Source of the DNA: Hemiscyllium ocellatum
Taxonomy: Eukaryota
Length of the DNA stretch: 64,000 nucleotides
Assembly (NCBI RefSeq): GCF_020745735.1
Contig: NC_083421.1
Location: 15,649,040 to 15,713,039 of the forward strand
Direction: 5' to 3'
Part shown: positions 37,876 to 50,412 of the stretch, one piece after another
Layout of the letters: each line of letters starts with the position of its first letter
Position numbering within the stretch: position 1 is the stretch's first letter
Translations under genes and position numbers: made by a program
The notes under the pieces: generated by a model
What the model was told of the DNA's origin: nothing
Database searches by the model: none
Seen by the model: the letters and a program-made list of their open reading frames with translations, nothing else

Positions 37876-40800
37876 GAACATAGAACATAGAAAAATACAG
37901 CGCAGTACAGGCCCTTCGGCCCTCGATGTTGCGCCGACCGAAGCCTACCTAACCTACACTAGCCCAATAACCTCCATATGCTTGTCCAATGCCCGCTTAA
38001 ATGACCATAAAGAGGGAGAGTCCACCACTGCTACTGGCAGGGCATTTCATGAACTCACAACCCGCTGAGTAAAGAATCTACACCAACATCTGTCCTAGAA
38101 CTACCACCCCTTAATTTAAAGCTGTTTCCCCTAGTAACAGCTGACTCCATTAGCGGGAAAATGTTCTCACTGTCAACCCTATCTAAACCCCTAATCATCT
38201 TGTACACCTCTATCAAATCTCCCCTAAACCTTCTTTTCTCCAATGAGAAAAGCCCCAAGTGCCTCAGCCTTTCCTCATACGATCTTCCTACCATGCCAGG
38301 CAACATCCTGGTAAACCTCCTCTGCACTCGTTCCAATGCCTCCACATCCTTCCTATAGTATGGTGACCAAAACTGCACACAATACTCCAGATGAGGCCGC
38401 ACCAGAGTCTTATACAACTGCAACATGACCTCAGGACTCCGGAACTCAATTCCTCTACCAATAAAGCCCAGTACACCATATGCCTTCTTGATAGCACTAT
38501 TTACCTGGGTGGCAACTTTCAGAGATCTGTGTACATGGACACCAAGATCTGTCTGGTCATCCACACTACCAAGTAGTCTACCATTAGCCCAGGAATCCAT
38601 CTTCTTGTTACTCCTACCAAAGTGAATGACTTCACACTTGGCTACATTGAACTCCATTTGCCACCTTTCTGCCCAGCTCTGCAACTTACCTATATCCCGC
38701 TGTAACCTGCCACATCTTTCTTCGCTGTCCACAACTCCACCGACTTTCGTGTCATCCGTAAACTTGCTCACCCAACCTTCAAGCTACTCCTCCAGGTCAT
38801 TTATAAAAATGACAAACAGCAATGGTCCCAAAACAGATCCTTGTGGAACACCGCTAGTTACTGCACTCCAAGATGAACCTATACCATCAACTACTACCCT
38901 CTGTCTCCTTCCAGCCAGCCAATTCCTAATCCAAACCTCTAATGCACCCTCAATGCCATACCTCCGTAGTTTTTGCATTAGCCTGCCACGGGGTACCTTA
39001 TCGAATGCCTTGCTAAAATCCATATACACAACATCTATTGCTTTACCCTCGTCCACTTCCTTGGTCACCTTCTCAAAGAAATCAATAAGGTTTGTGAGGC
39101 ACGACCTGCCCTTCACAAAACCATGCTGACTATCCTTGATCACATTATTCCTATCCAGATGTTCATAAATCCTATCCCTTACAATTCTCTAAGACTTTGC
39201 CCACAACAGAAGTGAGACTCACTGGCCTATAGTTACTAGGGCTATCCCTACACCCCCTTCTTGAACAAAGGGACCACATTCGCTATCCTCCAGTCTTCTG
39301 GCACGATTCCCGCAGACAACGACGACATAAAAATCAAGGTCAATGGCTCCGCTATCTCCTCCCTAGCTTCCCAAAGGATCCTCGGATAAATGCCATCAGG
39401 CCCAGGGGACTTATCTATTTTCATCCTTTCCAGTATTCCCCAGACCTCTTCCCTACATACCTCAAAGTCATCCATTCTAATCACTTGTGACTCAATATTC
39501 ACATCAGCAACAGTGTCCTGTTCCTGAGTGAATACTGACGAAAAGTATTGATTTAGTGTCTCTCCAATCTCCTCCGCCTCCACGCACAACTTCCCACTAC
39601 TATATTTGACTGGACCGATACCTACCCTAGTCATCCTTTTATTCCTGACATACCTATAGAAAGCCTTTGGGTTTTCCTTAATCCTACCAACCAAGGACTT
39701 TTCATGTCCCCTTCTCGCTGCTCTTAGCTCTCTCTTTAGATCCTTGCCCTGCAGTGCACACTTATCCTTCTCCATCACTAGAGTAAAAGTCACCGAGTTG
39801 TGGTCACTGTCACTGAATTGCTCACCTACCTCCAAATCTAACACCTGGCCGGGTTCATTACCTAGAACCAAATCCAGTATAGCCTCACCTCTTGTTGGCC
39901 TGTCTACATATTGTGTCAGGAAAGCCTCCTGCACACATTGAACAAACACCGACCCATCTAACGAACTCGAGCTATAGCTTTCCCTGTCAATATCTGGGAG
40001 GTTAAAGTCCCCCATAACAATGACCCGGCTACTTTCACTCTTCTCCTGAATCATCCTCGCAATACTTTCCTCTACTTCTCTCGGACTATTAGGAGGCCTG
40101 TAGAAACTCCTAACAGGGTGACCTCACCTTTCCTATTTCTAACCTCCGCCCAACATACCTCAGATGGCAAGTCTTCCTCCATCACCCTTTCCACCGCTGT
40201 AATACTATCCTTGACAAGCAATGCCACACCACCCCCTCTTTTACCCCCATCTCTGACCCTACTAAAACATTTAAACCCTGGAACCTGAAACAGCCATTCC
40301 TGCCCCTGTTCTACCCATGTCTCTGTAATGGCCACAACATCGAAGTCCCAGGTACCAACCCATGCTGCAAGCTCACCTACCTTGTTTCTCATACTTCTAG
40401 CATTGATGTATACACACTTCAAGCCACCTTCCTGTTTACAGGCACCCTCCTTAGAGATCGATGCCATGTTCCTAACCTCCCTACACTCAAGGTCCTGAAT
40501 CCTAAAGCTACAGTCCAGGTTCCCATGCCCCTGCAGAGTTAGTTTAAACCCTCCCAAACAGCACTAGCAAACCTCCCCCCAAGGATACTGGTCCCCCTCA
40601 GGTTCAGGTGTAGACCATCCTGTTTATAGAGGTCCCACCTTCCCCAGAAAGAACCCCAGTTGTCCAGAAACCGGAATCCCTCCCTCCTGCACCATCCCTG
40701 TAGCCACGCATTTAAATGTTCTCTCTCCCTATTCCTCGACTCTCTATCACGTGGCACGGGTAACAAACCAGAGACAACAACTCTGTTCGTTCTAGCTCTG

Positions 40801-41780
40801 AGCTTCCAACCTAGCTCCCTGAAAGCCTGCCTAACATCCTCACCCCTCTTCCTACCTATGTCGTTGGTGCCAACGTGGACCACGATCTGGGGCTGCTCCT
40901 CCTCCCCCGTAAGGACCTGGAAAACACGATCAGAGATGTCACGTACCCTTGCACCTGGGAGGCAACATACCAATCGTGAGTCTCTGACGCCCCCGCAAAA
41001 CCGCCTATCTGTGCCCCTCACTATTGAGTCCCCAATAACTATTGCTCTACCTTTCTCCACCCTTTCCTTCTGAGCAACGGGGACAGGCTCCGTGCCAGAG
41101 GCATGAACCACGTTGCTTACCCCGGTAAGTCATCCCCCCCACAAGTATCCAAAACGGTATAATTGTTCTGGAGGGGAATGACCGCAGGGGGTCCCTGCAC
41201 TGGCTGCTTCCTCCCACTCCCCCTCACTGTCACCCATCTCTCTATAACTTTCGGAATAACTACTTCCCTAAAGCTCTGATCTATGACCACCTCTGCCTCC
41301 CGAATGATCCGCAGTTCATCCAACTCCAGACAGTTCCCTAACACGGTCTTGGAGGAGCTGGAGATGGGTGCACTTCTTGCAAGTGTAATCAGCAGGGACG
41401 CTAATGGCTTCCCTCACCTCATACATGTTGCAAGAGGAACATTGCACTGCCTTCGCTGCCATCCCTCTAAAAGGTAAACGTTAAAAACTAGATCTAAAGA
41501 AACAAACAAGCAAAATGCAGCACTTACCTGCTTACCACAACGGGTCTTATTATTAGGTTAAGAGGAGGAGGACGGGTGGGAGGCTCTACCCTGTAGTGCC
41601 TCGAGTTCCTCGCCTGCGCGCTTTTATAAGAAAAAAAACCTTCCCAGGTAAGCTAGCGCGACACCAGCTTCCGGGTCCGCTAGGCGCTTAAAAAAACTTT
41701 AAATTTTAGCTATTAAAAAAACAATAACTGGACTATACCGCGACTTAAAAAAAAACACCACCAGAAAGCCTGCTCCGCCG
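37876..41780 (-). mobile_element. Near full-length CR1 LINE (ORF1 Zn-finger + SGNH esterase; ORF2 APE endonuclease + RT), disabled
   Basis: ORF1 ATG at 41462 (MAAKAVQCSSC...CKKC), IVIGDS/VHVGTND/DGLHL esterase motifs, EN motifs YINARS, ITETW, MGDFN, RT motifs DFSKAFDKV and [10 protein letters not shown], and a (TTCTATG)-type 3' tail at 37876. Several frameshifts and an internal deletion near 39745. Confidence 0.95.
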
Positions 41781-41789
41781 ATAGATCTG

Positions 41790-43430
41790 CGTTTTCATTA
41801 TTTATCCCTTCCTTTGTACTGTGTAACAGTGCAACGTTGGCTGATCTACACTCACTTGGCACAACTGCTAAATTATTGTCAGCGACCCAACTATTTCATC
41901 CTTTGCATGTCTCAACCGCTTGATATACTTTTCATCTGCCCTGGAAATATAACCAGTTTTCATCCAGCAAGACAACATACAACATCAAGTCATGTGCCCT
42001 AATTTCGGAAAACTAGATCACAACACCCCTCCATGATTTCTGTCCCCACATTGTCCCTCTTACTAGTGAACACTGACACAACACATTCATTTCGACCACA
42101 ACCTAATCCTCCAGCTCCACTCCAATAATAACACTTAATGGGTATTACTGTTTCCCGAATAATTCTTTTTTTATGAATGAGCCTGTAACATTGAAAAATA
42201 TTTTCCTTTGTTTTGACTGCTATTATTTTCTCATGGTTCCTTTTGCTCTTCAAATTCCTTTTTTCTTTCAAACTCCCCCTTGCACGTTCTGTACACCATA
42301 CTAATTTCTATTGTTTTGAGATTTCAGTGTAAACCAGAAGCCTCCCTTGTTTCTCTTTATCTTCCCCTCCATGCCCTTTAGTGTCCAGAGCCTGTTGCAT
42401 TCTTGGTCCCACGCAGTGGCTTCCTGGGAAATGTCCTCCCTGTGATTTTTCCTACCTCTTTCTTAAATGTGTCACACTGCTCTGACTCAGATTTACCAAT
42501 AAGTGTCAGCTTCCAGTCTACTCTGGTCAAGTCATTGCCTGATCTTACTTAAATTGTCCTTCCCCTTTTCAGAACTTTGGGGCAATTTCAGTACAATCTG
42601 AAATCCAACTGATTTACGATCACTGTCTGCAAAGTGCTCCACCATTGATGCCTTACCCACTTGGTCGACTTCATTCCCGAAAGTTAAGTTCAGGTTCACC
42701 CCTCTCTTGCAAGTTGTGGATTAAAATTATCTGTATTAAACACATACTTTGTTAAAATATTCTCCTGGGGGCATTTTCAGAATTGTGCTCTCTCTAAATT
42801 TTTGACACAATGAATATCCAAGCCTATGCTGTGGAAGTTAAAAACCTCTTTTCTCATTCCCCTATTTAATTTACATTTCTCTGAAATTTGCCCATGTATT
42901 TGCACTTGGTCTTTTGGACCTATAGTAAGGTCTATCATGCTCTCCCAGTCGTTATGTTTGTTGTATTTTGGTTTTGAAGTACTGTCCATTTGCCTTTGTT
43001 CGAGGAGGTATCCATGATTTCATTTCTCTTTACAGCCTAAAATACTCTTGCCAGAATTGCGACAGAACCAACATTCTGTACCGCACACCCCCGCCCCAAC
43101 CTTTTCCATCTTTCCTTGTCTCGCCTGAAGGCACTAAATCCTGGAATATTGAATAGCCACTCCTGTCCCGCTCTCAATATGTGTCTGCGATAGCAACCAC
43201 ATCATTTCCTCATTTACGCTGGTATTTCATCTGCCTTGTTCATCAGACTCTGTCATTAAAACGAATACCATCCAACATTGCTATCTCCCTTCTGATTTAA
43301 CCAGCCTATAGTTTCTAGGCCTCCTTGACTCCCTTGCTGTGTCCTTTAATTTTAGCCGTTCACATTGTCCTGCTGATCTTTCTGTGTGGATCCCAGCTTC
43401 TCCAGCACTCTGCACAATTATGATTCTTGT
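41790..43430 (-). mobile_element. Older CR1, 5' part (continues 36640-37875)
   Basis: Degenerate ORF2 N-terminal/EN sequence resumes immediately after the young CR1. Confidence 0.7.
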
Positions 43431-43521
43431 ATCCATTAACCAGAAGAAACCTTGATATATGAGAACTGATTGTATTTGTTCTGAAATTCGTCCGATAATT
43501 TATGCGATGTGTTTCCTAAAG

Positions 43522-43833
43522 ATCCAGGTATTCTCCAACCAACTGTTCTCCTAACTGTGAGCTCCAGTGAAGAAATCGGAAGCAGCAAGTTTGCAACCGT
43601 CGTCTGTTCAATCATCGATTTCCATCCGAAGTCTATCTCGGTGAGTTGATTGAAAAATGGCCAACACTTGGATTCTGGCTTCTTCACGTCTCCCGTGTGT
43701 GAGGCGAATGGAAACTTCTCGGTGACGAGTCGACTGATGGTCCCTTATGGTGAATGCTTCAACAGCGCCGTCTATACCTGCCAAGTCACTCATGGAGAGA
43801 ACATTCAAAGTAAAAACATCACCGCACTCCAGG
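43522..43833 (+). pseudogene. IGHM: Cmu2 exon with premature stop
   Basis: (D)[10 protein letters not shown]...[20 protein letters not shown]...YTCQVTH. TGA at 43647-43649 replaces the core Trp. Donor GTAAGA at 43834. Confidence 0.93.
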
Positions 43834-44439
43834 GTAAGAGACACATACTGAGAGAGCTACAAGTCATTCCGAACTCTGATGTGAATCAAACACACTAATT
43901 TATGAGGAGTAGTAAACAGCACGGTGCAGCTTCTCATTTCCCAACATGTCACGCATCTCATTTCAGTTTGAGTGTTACATTAGCATTGCCCATAATTTAA
44001 CATTTTGGCAAGTCAGAAAATCATGTTTCCTCTCTGTTGAAGATAGATGTATAGACAGTGAGCTTTGTTAAATAGTTTGTTTCCTCAACATGCTGGGAGC
44101 AGCATTCAGAGTGCTGAACCCTTGCCTGGTAGCCGCTTCAAGGATAAGTTTGGGGGTGGAGGGGGATATTGGAGAGATATCTGATTGAAACATAGAAAAT
44201 ACTGAGAGACTGAGGTCGAGTGAACGTGGAATAGATGATTTGACTGGTAGGCGAGACTAGGACCCAAGGGCACAGTCTCAGGGTCAAAGGGGCACCGTTT
44301 AGAAATGAGATGGGGAGGAATTTCTTCAGCCAGATGATGATGAATCTGTGGAACTTGTTGCTGCAGAGGGCTGTGGAGTCCAGGCCATTGTGTATATTCA
44401 AGCCAGAGATAGATCGGCTCTTGTTTAGTACGGGGAGAA

Positions 44440-44545
44440 AACAGTAGAATGGCTTTAGCCCGAAACGTCGATTTCCCTGCTCGTCGGATGCTGCCTGACC
44501 TGCTGTGCTTTTCCAGCATCATTCTGATCTAAACTCTGGATTGGC
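44440..44545 (+). repeat. Same repeat family, partial arm
   Basis: GGCTTTAGCCCGAAACGTCGATTTCCCTGCTCGTCGGATGCTGCCTGACCTGC. Confidence 0.8.
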
Positions 44546-45804
44546 CGAACAGCCTTATTCTGATCCTCTATCTTATGATGTTGTGATCTCAAAATGACAT
44601 GGTTAAAATATGCAGTGACCCTTACTTGGAAATAAATCAAAATGCGTTCAATGCTTCATTCCCTGCTCAGGAATGATCTGTTGGCCTTGGACATTGTACG
44701 ACATCGATTTTTATCTGGTACTGAGCTCTTTAACTTCATTTATGGGATCAGACCACAGACAAAGTAGGTATTACATTTGATGAACTGGGATAAACGTGTT
44801 CTCACTGAGCTTCTTTAAGATGCTCTCTGTATTTAGTGGATGAGGCAGGAGAATAAATTCTGGTAAGAATGCTACAATAGGGATGAATGAACTGGGAACT
44901 CGAGACAGGCTGATTTTGCCTGGTTTGGGGTGGTGATGTTTACACAGTGAGTAGTGGATGTCTATAAAATTAGTGTACATTTCCATCACGTTTGTAGATT
45001 AATTTAAGACGCTTTTGTTTGTTTTTTTTTTCTCCCCTGCTCTATGAAGAAATTAAAAATGCAGCTCGGTAAATAAAGTGAAAATACAGACCAGTCATGA
45101 ACGAACTGAATGGAGGGAAAGACTTAAGGAGATGGGTGTCCTTCTCGATATCCAATGCTGTACTCAGTGTCTTGTTTTCAGATCTACTCCAAACTCAGCC
45201 CACGAGGAACAATGACATAAATTAGAGAATGACATTACACCAATAACGCAAAGTATTTTTGATCACGTTAAATATAATGCACAGAATTTCCATGGATATT
45301 CACCGCTCCTGTAACACTTTAGAACTCTGCAAAGAGAATAATTACTATTTATTATAATTTGTCCGAAATTTGTGATGTGATTTGGCAGTCAGCGTGACCA
45401 GCAGCACGTGCACCTAAGGGTTATGAACATAGAAATGAACTCATTATATTCAGATTACTCTTGTCACAAGTATCAATAGATGGTGTTAAGTGAAAGACAA
45501 ACTCTGAAGGAAAGGTAATTCCATGGGTTACATAATTGTATCTTCGATTATTTTACTTTTTTCACAGGTTTCACTTGTTACAAAGCCAGTGTACTTTAGG
45601 AATAATTAAATAGGGTATGTCATAGGTAATCACAAATGCTTTCACAAATCAAAATACATCAACAATAGTAAGCATCGTTTCAGCAATAGTTGGAGTTGCC
45701 ATTTTGAAGGTGGTGTCTTCACCCTGTGAAGAAGTAATCTGAAAATTGGGTGTTTGTATCATAAGGGACATTTTTCATTGACTTTGATTTTCGTTTCATG
45801 GAAG

Positions 45805-46097
45805 ATACCGAGTGCCACCCTTACACCGTTAAAATCATCCCACTGCCAGTAGAAAAAGTCTTACTGGAGGCGACGGTGATGTTAACCTGCTTTGTGTCCA
45901 ATCTTCCTTCTGGAGTCAACGTGACCTGGAAAGAAGGAAAGAAACCTCTGAAATCAGAGATTGCTGACCAGCCTGGACAGAATCCCGACAGCCTGATCAG
46001 CAAATTAGACATTTCTACTGAAGCCTGGCTGACTGGCGTTACTTTTTAATGTGTGGTGTACCGACTCCGCTAAGAGACTCCATCCACAAGGAGAAAG
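45805..46097 (+). pseudogene. IGHM: Cmu3 exon with stop and frameshift
   Basis: (D)[11 protein letters not shown]...[18 protein letters not shown]...[15 protein letters not shown] at 46047-46049, then PTPLRDSIHKEK resumes in a shifted frame from 46061. Donor GTGAGC at 46098. Confidence 0.93.
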
Positions 46098-46554
46098 GTG
46101 AGCGGTGAGATTAAAACACAAAGCATCCCATGTGTAATCCAGATCCAGTTACATCATTGGCAGGCTTTCATTGGTTATGTACAAACACTGCTGGAGACAT
46201 TAATGATGCATCTGAAGGCAGGATAGCTAAGTAGCTGATTAAGAAAAAGATGAACCAAAGGATGTTGTATCCTGATTAAGTCAGATAAGGTGAGAAGAAA
46301 CCTGGGTTGTGATGTCATCATCAGCAATTACAATTGAACCGAATGCCCTTGCTGTGGGCTGGAAACATGAAGGCAACTTTCACATTAAACTTTACTTTTT
46401 TTTAACTTAACAGATTGTGTACCATACTGCTCCTTTAGGAAACGAAAGTGAATAAATCCCAAATTAAACATGTTGTATTTTAATACTTAGTGAAATTGTG
46501 ATATTGGTTCCGGATTTTTTTGTTTGATTTATATTTGTCTCAAATATTCTGCAG

Positions 46555-46946
46555 TGATTAATCTGCTGGAGCCATCACTGTCTGTCCTCCTGCCACCAAC
46601 AGAAGAAATCTCCGCTCAGAGGTTTCTCTTCCTCACTTGTTTGGTGAGAGGTTTCTCCCCCCGAGAGATCTTCGGCAAATGTACAAACAATTACAAGCCG
46701 GTGAATCCCAGTAACTGCAAGAATACCGAGGTGATGGCGGAGAGTGACAACACTTCCTTCTTCATATACAGCCTGTTATCCATTACAGCGGAGGAGTGGG
46801 CCAGCGGTGCTTCTTACCGCTGTGGGGTGGGACATGAAGTGACTCCATTGAACATCATCAACAGAACAGTCGATAAATCCAGCGGTAAACCGACTTTCGT
46901 AAACATTTCACTTGCACTGACGGACACTGTTAATTCATGTCAATAA
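46555..46946 (+). CDS. IGHM: Cmu4 exon plus secretory tailpiece
   Basis: ctgcag acceptor, [14 protein letters not shown]...[16 protein letters not shown]...DKSS, internal donor G|GTAAA at 46885, tail [20 protein letters not shown] with NIS sequon and penultimate Cys. Confidence 0.95.
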
Positions 46947-46947
46947 A
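46942..46947 (+). terminator. Candidate secretory-form poly(A) signal overlapping the stop codon
   Basis: CAA TAA AA creates AATAAA. T-rich tract about 45 nt downstream. Confidence 0.5.
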
Positions 46948-48124
46948 AATCTTAAAGTTGCATTTAATAATTCAACAGAAGTAATAATTTTTCCCCTCTA
47001 GTTGTGAGTTAAATACTGAATTAGTTGTTTCTCACTCTGACTTACATTCCATCTGTGTAGTTAAAGTGGATTATTAACAGGTCTTGGACGAGTGTCTTGT
47101 GCAGTTAACGTTCTCTGCTCAGATACACCCTGGGTCAGAGACAGAGTAAAGCTCACTCATTGCAGGATTCTGCCAAGTACCTTATCCATCTTAAATCCCT
47201 CTGTGACAAAATCTGACAATGTCCATTTTATGTCAAGAGTAGAGCACGAGTTTTGAACTTGGTATTCTTGATTCCCCCGATTGGACATCCTTACAAAATT
47301 CATGTCTGATTTAAACTGCCACATTGCATCAATTGGAAATGTAAATTTAAGACACTCTAAAATTAAATTTGATTGGAACATACCAATCGTAAAGAGTGCA
47401 GAACAGTTTGAGTGGAACCTTTGTTTCTGGGGAACTGCCAGGGATCTTGGGCCAGCGCATGAGTTGACAGAATGTATCTTCACTTTCACACCAAAGAGAA
47501 TCGACAGATAAGTTGTCGTAGAGCGCAAGGGAGGGGAACGATGAATGGTCTGTCCTCTTGCTCCCTGTGCAGAGTTTTCATGGTAGATGTCCTCTGTAAT
47601 GTAACCCAGTTATTAACAGGAACAGTCAGCTTCTTGCTTACTGTCCAAAGATTTAACATTTCCATGCAAAATAATACCTTTGAAACATGCTGGACACACT
47701 TGGCTCTGTTAACAAATGATTAACATTGATTCCCATAATCCAAAACTGGTGTTTACATCGGCCCGGTTTGAATTCCATAGTTTCGTCTCAGTCTTCTGGA
47801 GCACATTGGATCATTTCTGGTATTCGAATGCCTGATATCATTTTGTTTCACATACAGAACACAAATCGACATTTTCGAATAAACATATTCAGAAATGTTA
47901 CCTCTGGGGCAGTGGGGATTTAAACTCACGCCTTTTCTCTCAGAGACAGAATTTCTATCACTGCAACAGAAGAGTTGCTCATAAAACGCTTATCTCTCCA
48001 CGATGATGGGTATTGTTTCCTACAACACCAAGGTCAAATCTAATTATGGCCAATCCATTAAAATTAGAACAATAAATTAGAATAATAAAAATTGCAGTCT
48101 GGTATAAGAACAGATGCAGAGAGA

Positions 48125-49230
48125 TGATCACAAATACACACGTAATGACACATATACGGGCTGTCACCTAAAGACACATATTTATGTGCACACTCAAATG
48201 TGCATATAGATAAGATGCCACACACGCATACTCGCACAGAGCCACACATGCAAGTGGTACTTGAACACTCACCTAAGCTCATATAAAAACTCACATACAC
48301 CGAAAGAAAATCATTTGCACAAATGAACAGGGGTACTCACACATAACCATGAGAAATGTAGACACATGGTAACACACAAATGAGCATGAATACATATACA
48401 TTCATACAGCACAATGCTTCCAGACATACACGCATGAACACACAGATACAAATTCCGAAAAATGTCCTCCCACATGTCAACTCACACAGGCACGTAAGTG
48501 CATAGAGCTAAATATTAATATCATTATTTTCCCATTTTCAAGATCACAAACCTACGAAGACAGAGGCAGCTTAATTAATTATTTTAAACCATATTGATCA
48601 GCATGTATACAATGTCACACGTACACACAAATTCAGAGTCTCACATGCAGACACACAAGTGCATAGATCAACAAATAGAGGGGCGTTTAATAAGGATAAT
48701 GGGCACAAGCATCAGCAAGCATTCACACACAATAATACAAACAAGCTTCTCAGGAGATGGTTTGGGAAAGATTGCCACACAAGCAGACATCATCATATAC
48801 ATATAAACATCCATCAAAACATAACATTGCATGCTTACATTTATTAAGCATAAACATGAAAATAACCTAGTTTAGGTAGGACCTGAAACAAACACATAAG
48901 CACACATTTTAGATAGCACTAATGAAAAGTGAACACTGACAAAGACAGTACAAGATAAGCATAGACAGCAACGAAATGGCATATTAGCATGATGATGCTT
49001 CCACAATGTGAAAAGACAAAAGTTTAGGTGCACAAACACATGAGCACACCAGCAGTAAAGAAACAGGAATATGTTTATTCATGCACAGACTCCAACATGG
49101 GCAAGAGTGAAGTAAGAGACTCTCATAACCACATACACAAACATTAAAGGAAAACCAAACACACCAAGCAGTAGGTCAAATAAATTAAGGGATACATGTA
49201 CAAAAACTTATTCCTAAAAATACAGATCCT
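48125..49230. repeat. CA-rich low-complexity tract between the secretory tail and TM1
   Basis: Dense ACAC/CACAT/ACAA motifs over ~1.1 kb on the sense strand. Confidence 0.85.
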
Positions 49231-49700
49231 ACAAACAAAAATGTGAAGCAATGTCCTGACTGTGATGTCATTTATATTCATGATTTGCCAAGCAATTTGT
49301 TAACCAATACATAAAGGTGAGAATCACATTTGAAGGTGATGGCCACAATTTTCAACTAAAGTGCTGTCACAGCCTATATTTAAAATATAATGATATAATT
49401 AAAATAATCATTCGTAATAAGCATCCCTCAAATAATAATATCCTTAAATAATAGATTGAATTAAAAATAATTTAAAACGTTCTGACATGGACAATGAAGA
49501 AAGAACATGTGCAGTTAGTATTTGTAATTTCATGCTGAGAGTCAATAAGGCACTAATAGATACAGATAAGAGTCACACTTGAGAAATACCTGACTGCTTT
49601 GTGAGGATGTAATGGTCTCTAATTACATGACTTGGATGCACATAGATCGATCTGGATTAATAAACAATCTAAATGCGCTCTCTCGGCCTTTTATTTATAG

Positions 49701-49828
49701 TTTCAATAGATCGCACTTGGATTGAAGACTATGAGGATGATAACAGCAACATCTGGACAACTGCTTCCACGTTCATCACCTTGTTCTTCCTGAGTATTTT
49801 CTACAGCGCTGCCGTCACTCTGGTGAAG
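49701..49828 (+). CDS. IGHM: TM1 exon
   Basis: tttatag acceptor, (V)SIDRTWIEDYEDDNSNIWTTASTFITLFFLSIFYSAAVTLVK (CART motif), donor GTGAGA. Confidence 0.96.
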
Positions 49829-49967
49829 GTGAGAGTAATCACATCTTTCTCACGCCAAACAGTCCAATATGTTTTGTGAAATCTCTAAGTGTGCCATTGA
49901 ATAAACATTAAATCTGAAAGTCCCTGATCATAAATATCTGCGTCATTGCTTTATCTCTATTTTCCAG

Positions 49968-49976
49968 GTTAAGTGA
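49968..49976 (+). CDS. IGHM: TM2 exon (VK-stop)
   Basis: tttccag|GTT AAG TGA completes the KVK cytoplasmic tail. Confidence 0.92.
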   Translation, partial: VK

Positions 49977-50406
49977 ATGAATTGTGGACCTCTTTGATTT
50001 TCCTGATCTGCTTATCAAGGTTTCTGAATTCCCAATCTACAATTTGTCCTGTTGCTGACTGCAACAGTGAGATCACTTCAGTTTATCAGCGTGTAACTGA
50101 GACAATTAAAGATGGATTTTCGTTTTTACTTTGACATCTTTGAGATGGTTGTGGTTGGAAGAATTTGTAGCTTCCCTATTTGTTTGAAGCCTATTTGTTT
50201 TGTTTTTATTTGTTCCTTACTCAGAATGATTGCCTACCTTTTCTGATGAGCCTTTGTATCCCCTTTCTTGTGACTGTTACTGATGTACAGAAAATTCCCA
50301 CCTCACAGCGTATGTGTTCTCGTCTCAATGTGGCATCCAACCATTATATTCACTTCTGTTAGCTTTCACATCAACTTTTTGGATAAAAATACTTTCTGAA
50401 ATGGTT

Positions 50407-50412
50407 AATAAA
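50407..50412 (+). terminator. Candidate membrane-form poly(A) signal
   Basis: AATAAA about 430 nt after the TM2 stop. Confidence 0.5.

Larger units (their letters stand above)
24531..49976 (+). pseudogene. IGHM: Shark-type IgM heavy-chain cluster (L-V-D1-D2-J-Cmu1-4-sec-TM1-TM2), unrearranged, probable pseudogene
   Basis: All segments are present in order with ~300-400 bp V-D-D-J spacing, four C exons, tail [20 protein letters not shown] and TM ending KVK. Disabling lesions in Cmu2, Cmu3 and the V/J RSSs. Confidence 0.95.

Noticed and set aside
47890-47962. tRNA-like sequence on the minus strand
   Set aside because: Degenerate B-box and no cloverleaf. It looks like a SINE head, not a tRNA gene.
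24531-49976. IgW, IgNAR or germline-joined identity
   Set aside because: Four C exons of mu type, a KVK tail, a VH with WVRQ FR2, and separate RSS-flanked V, D, D and J indicate unjoined IgM.
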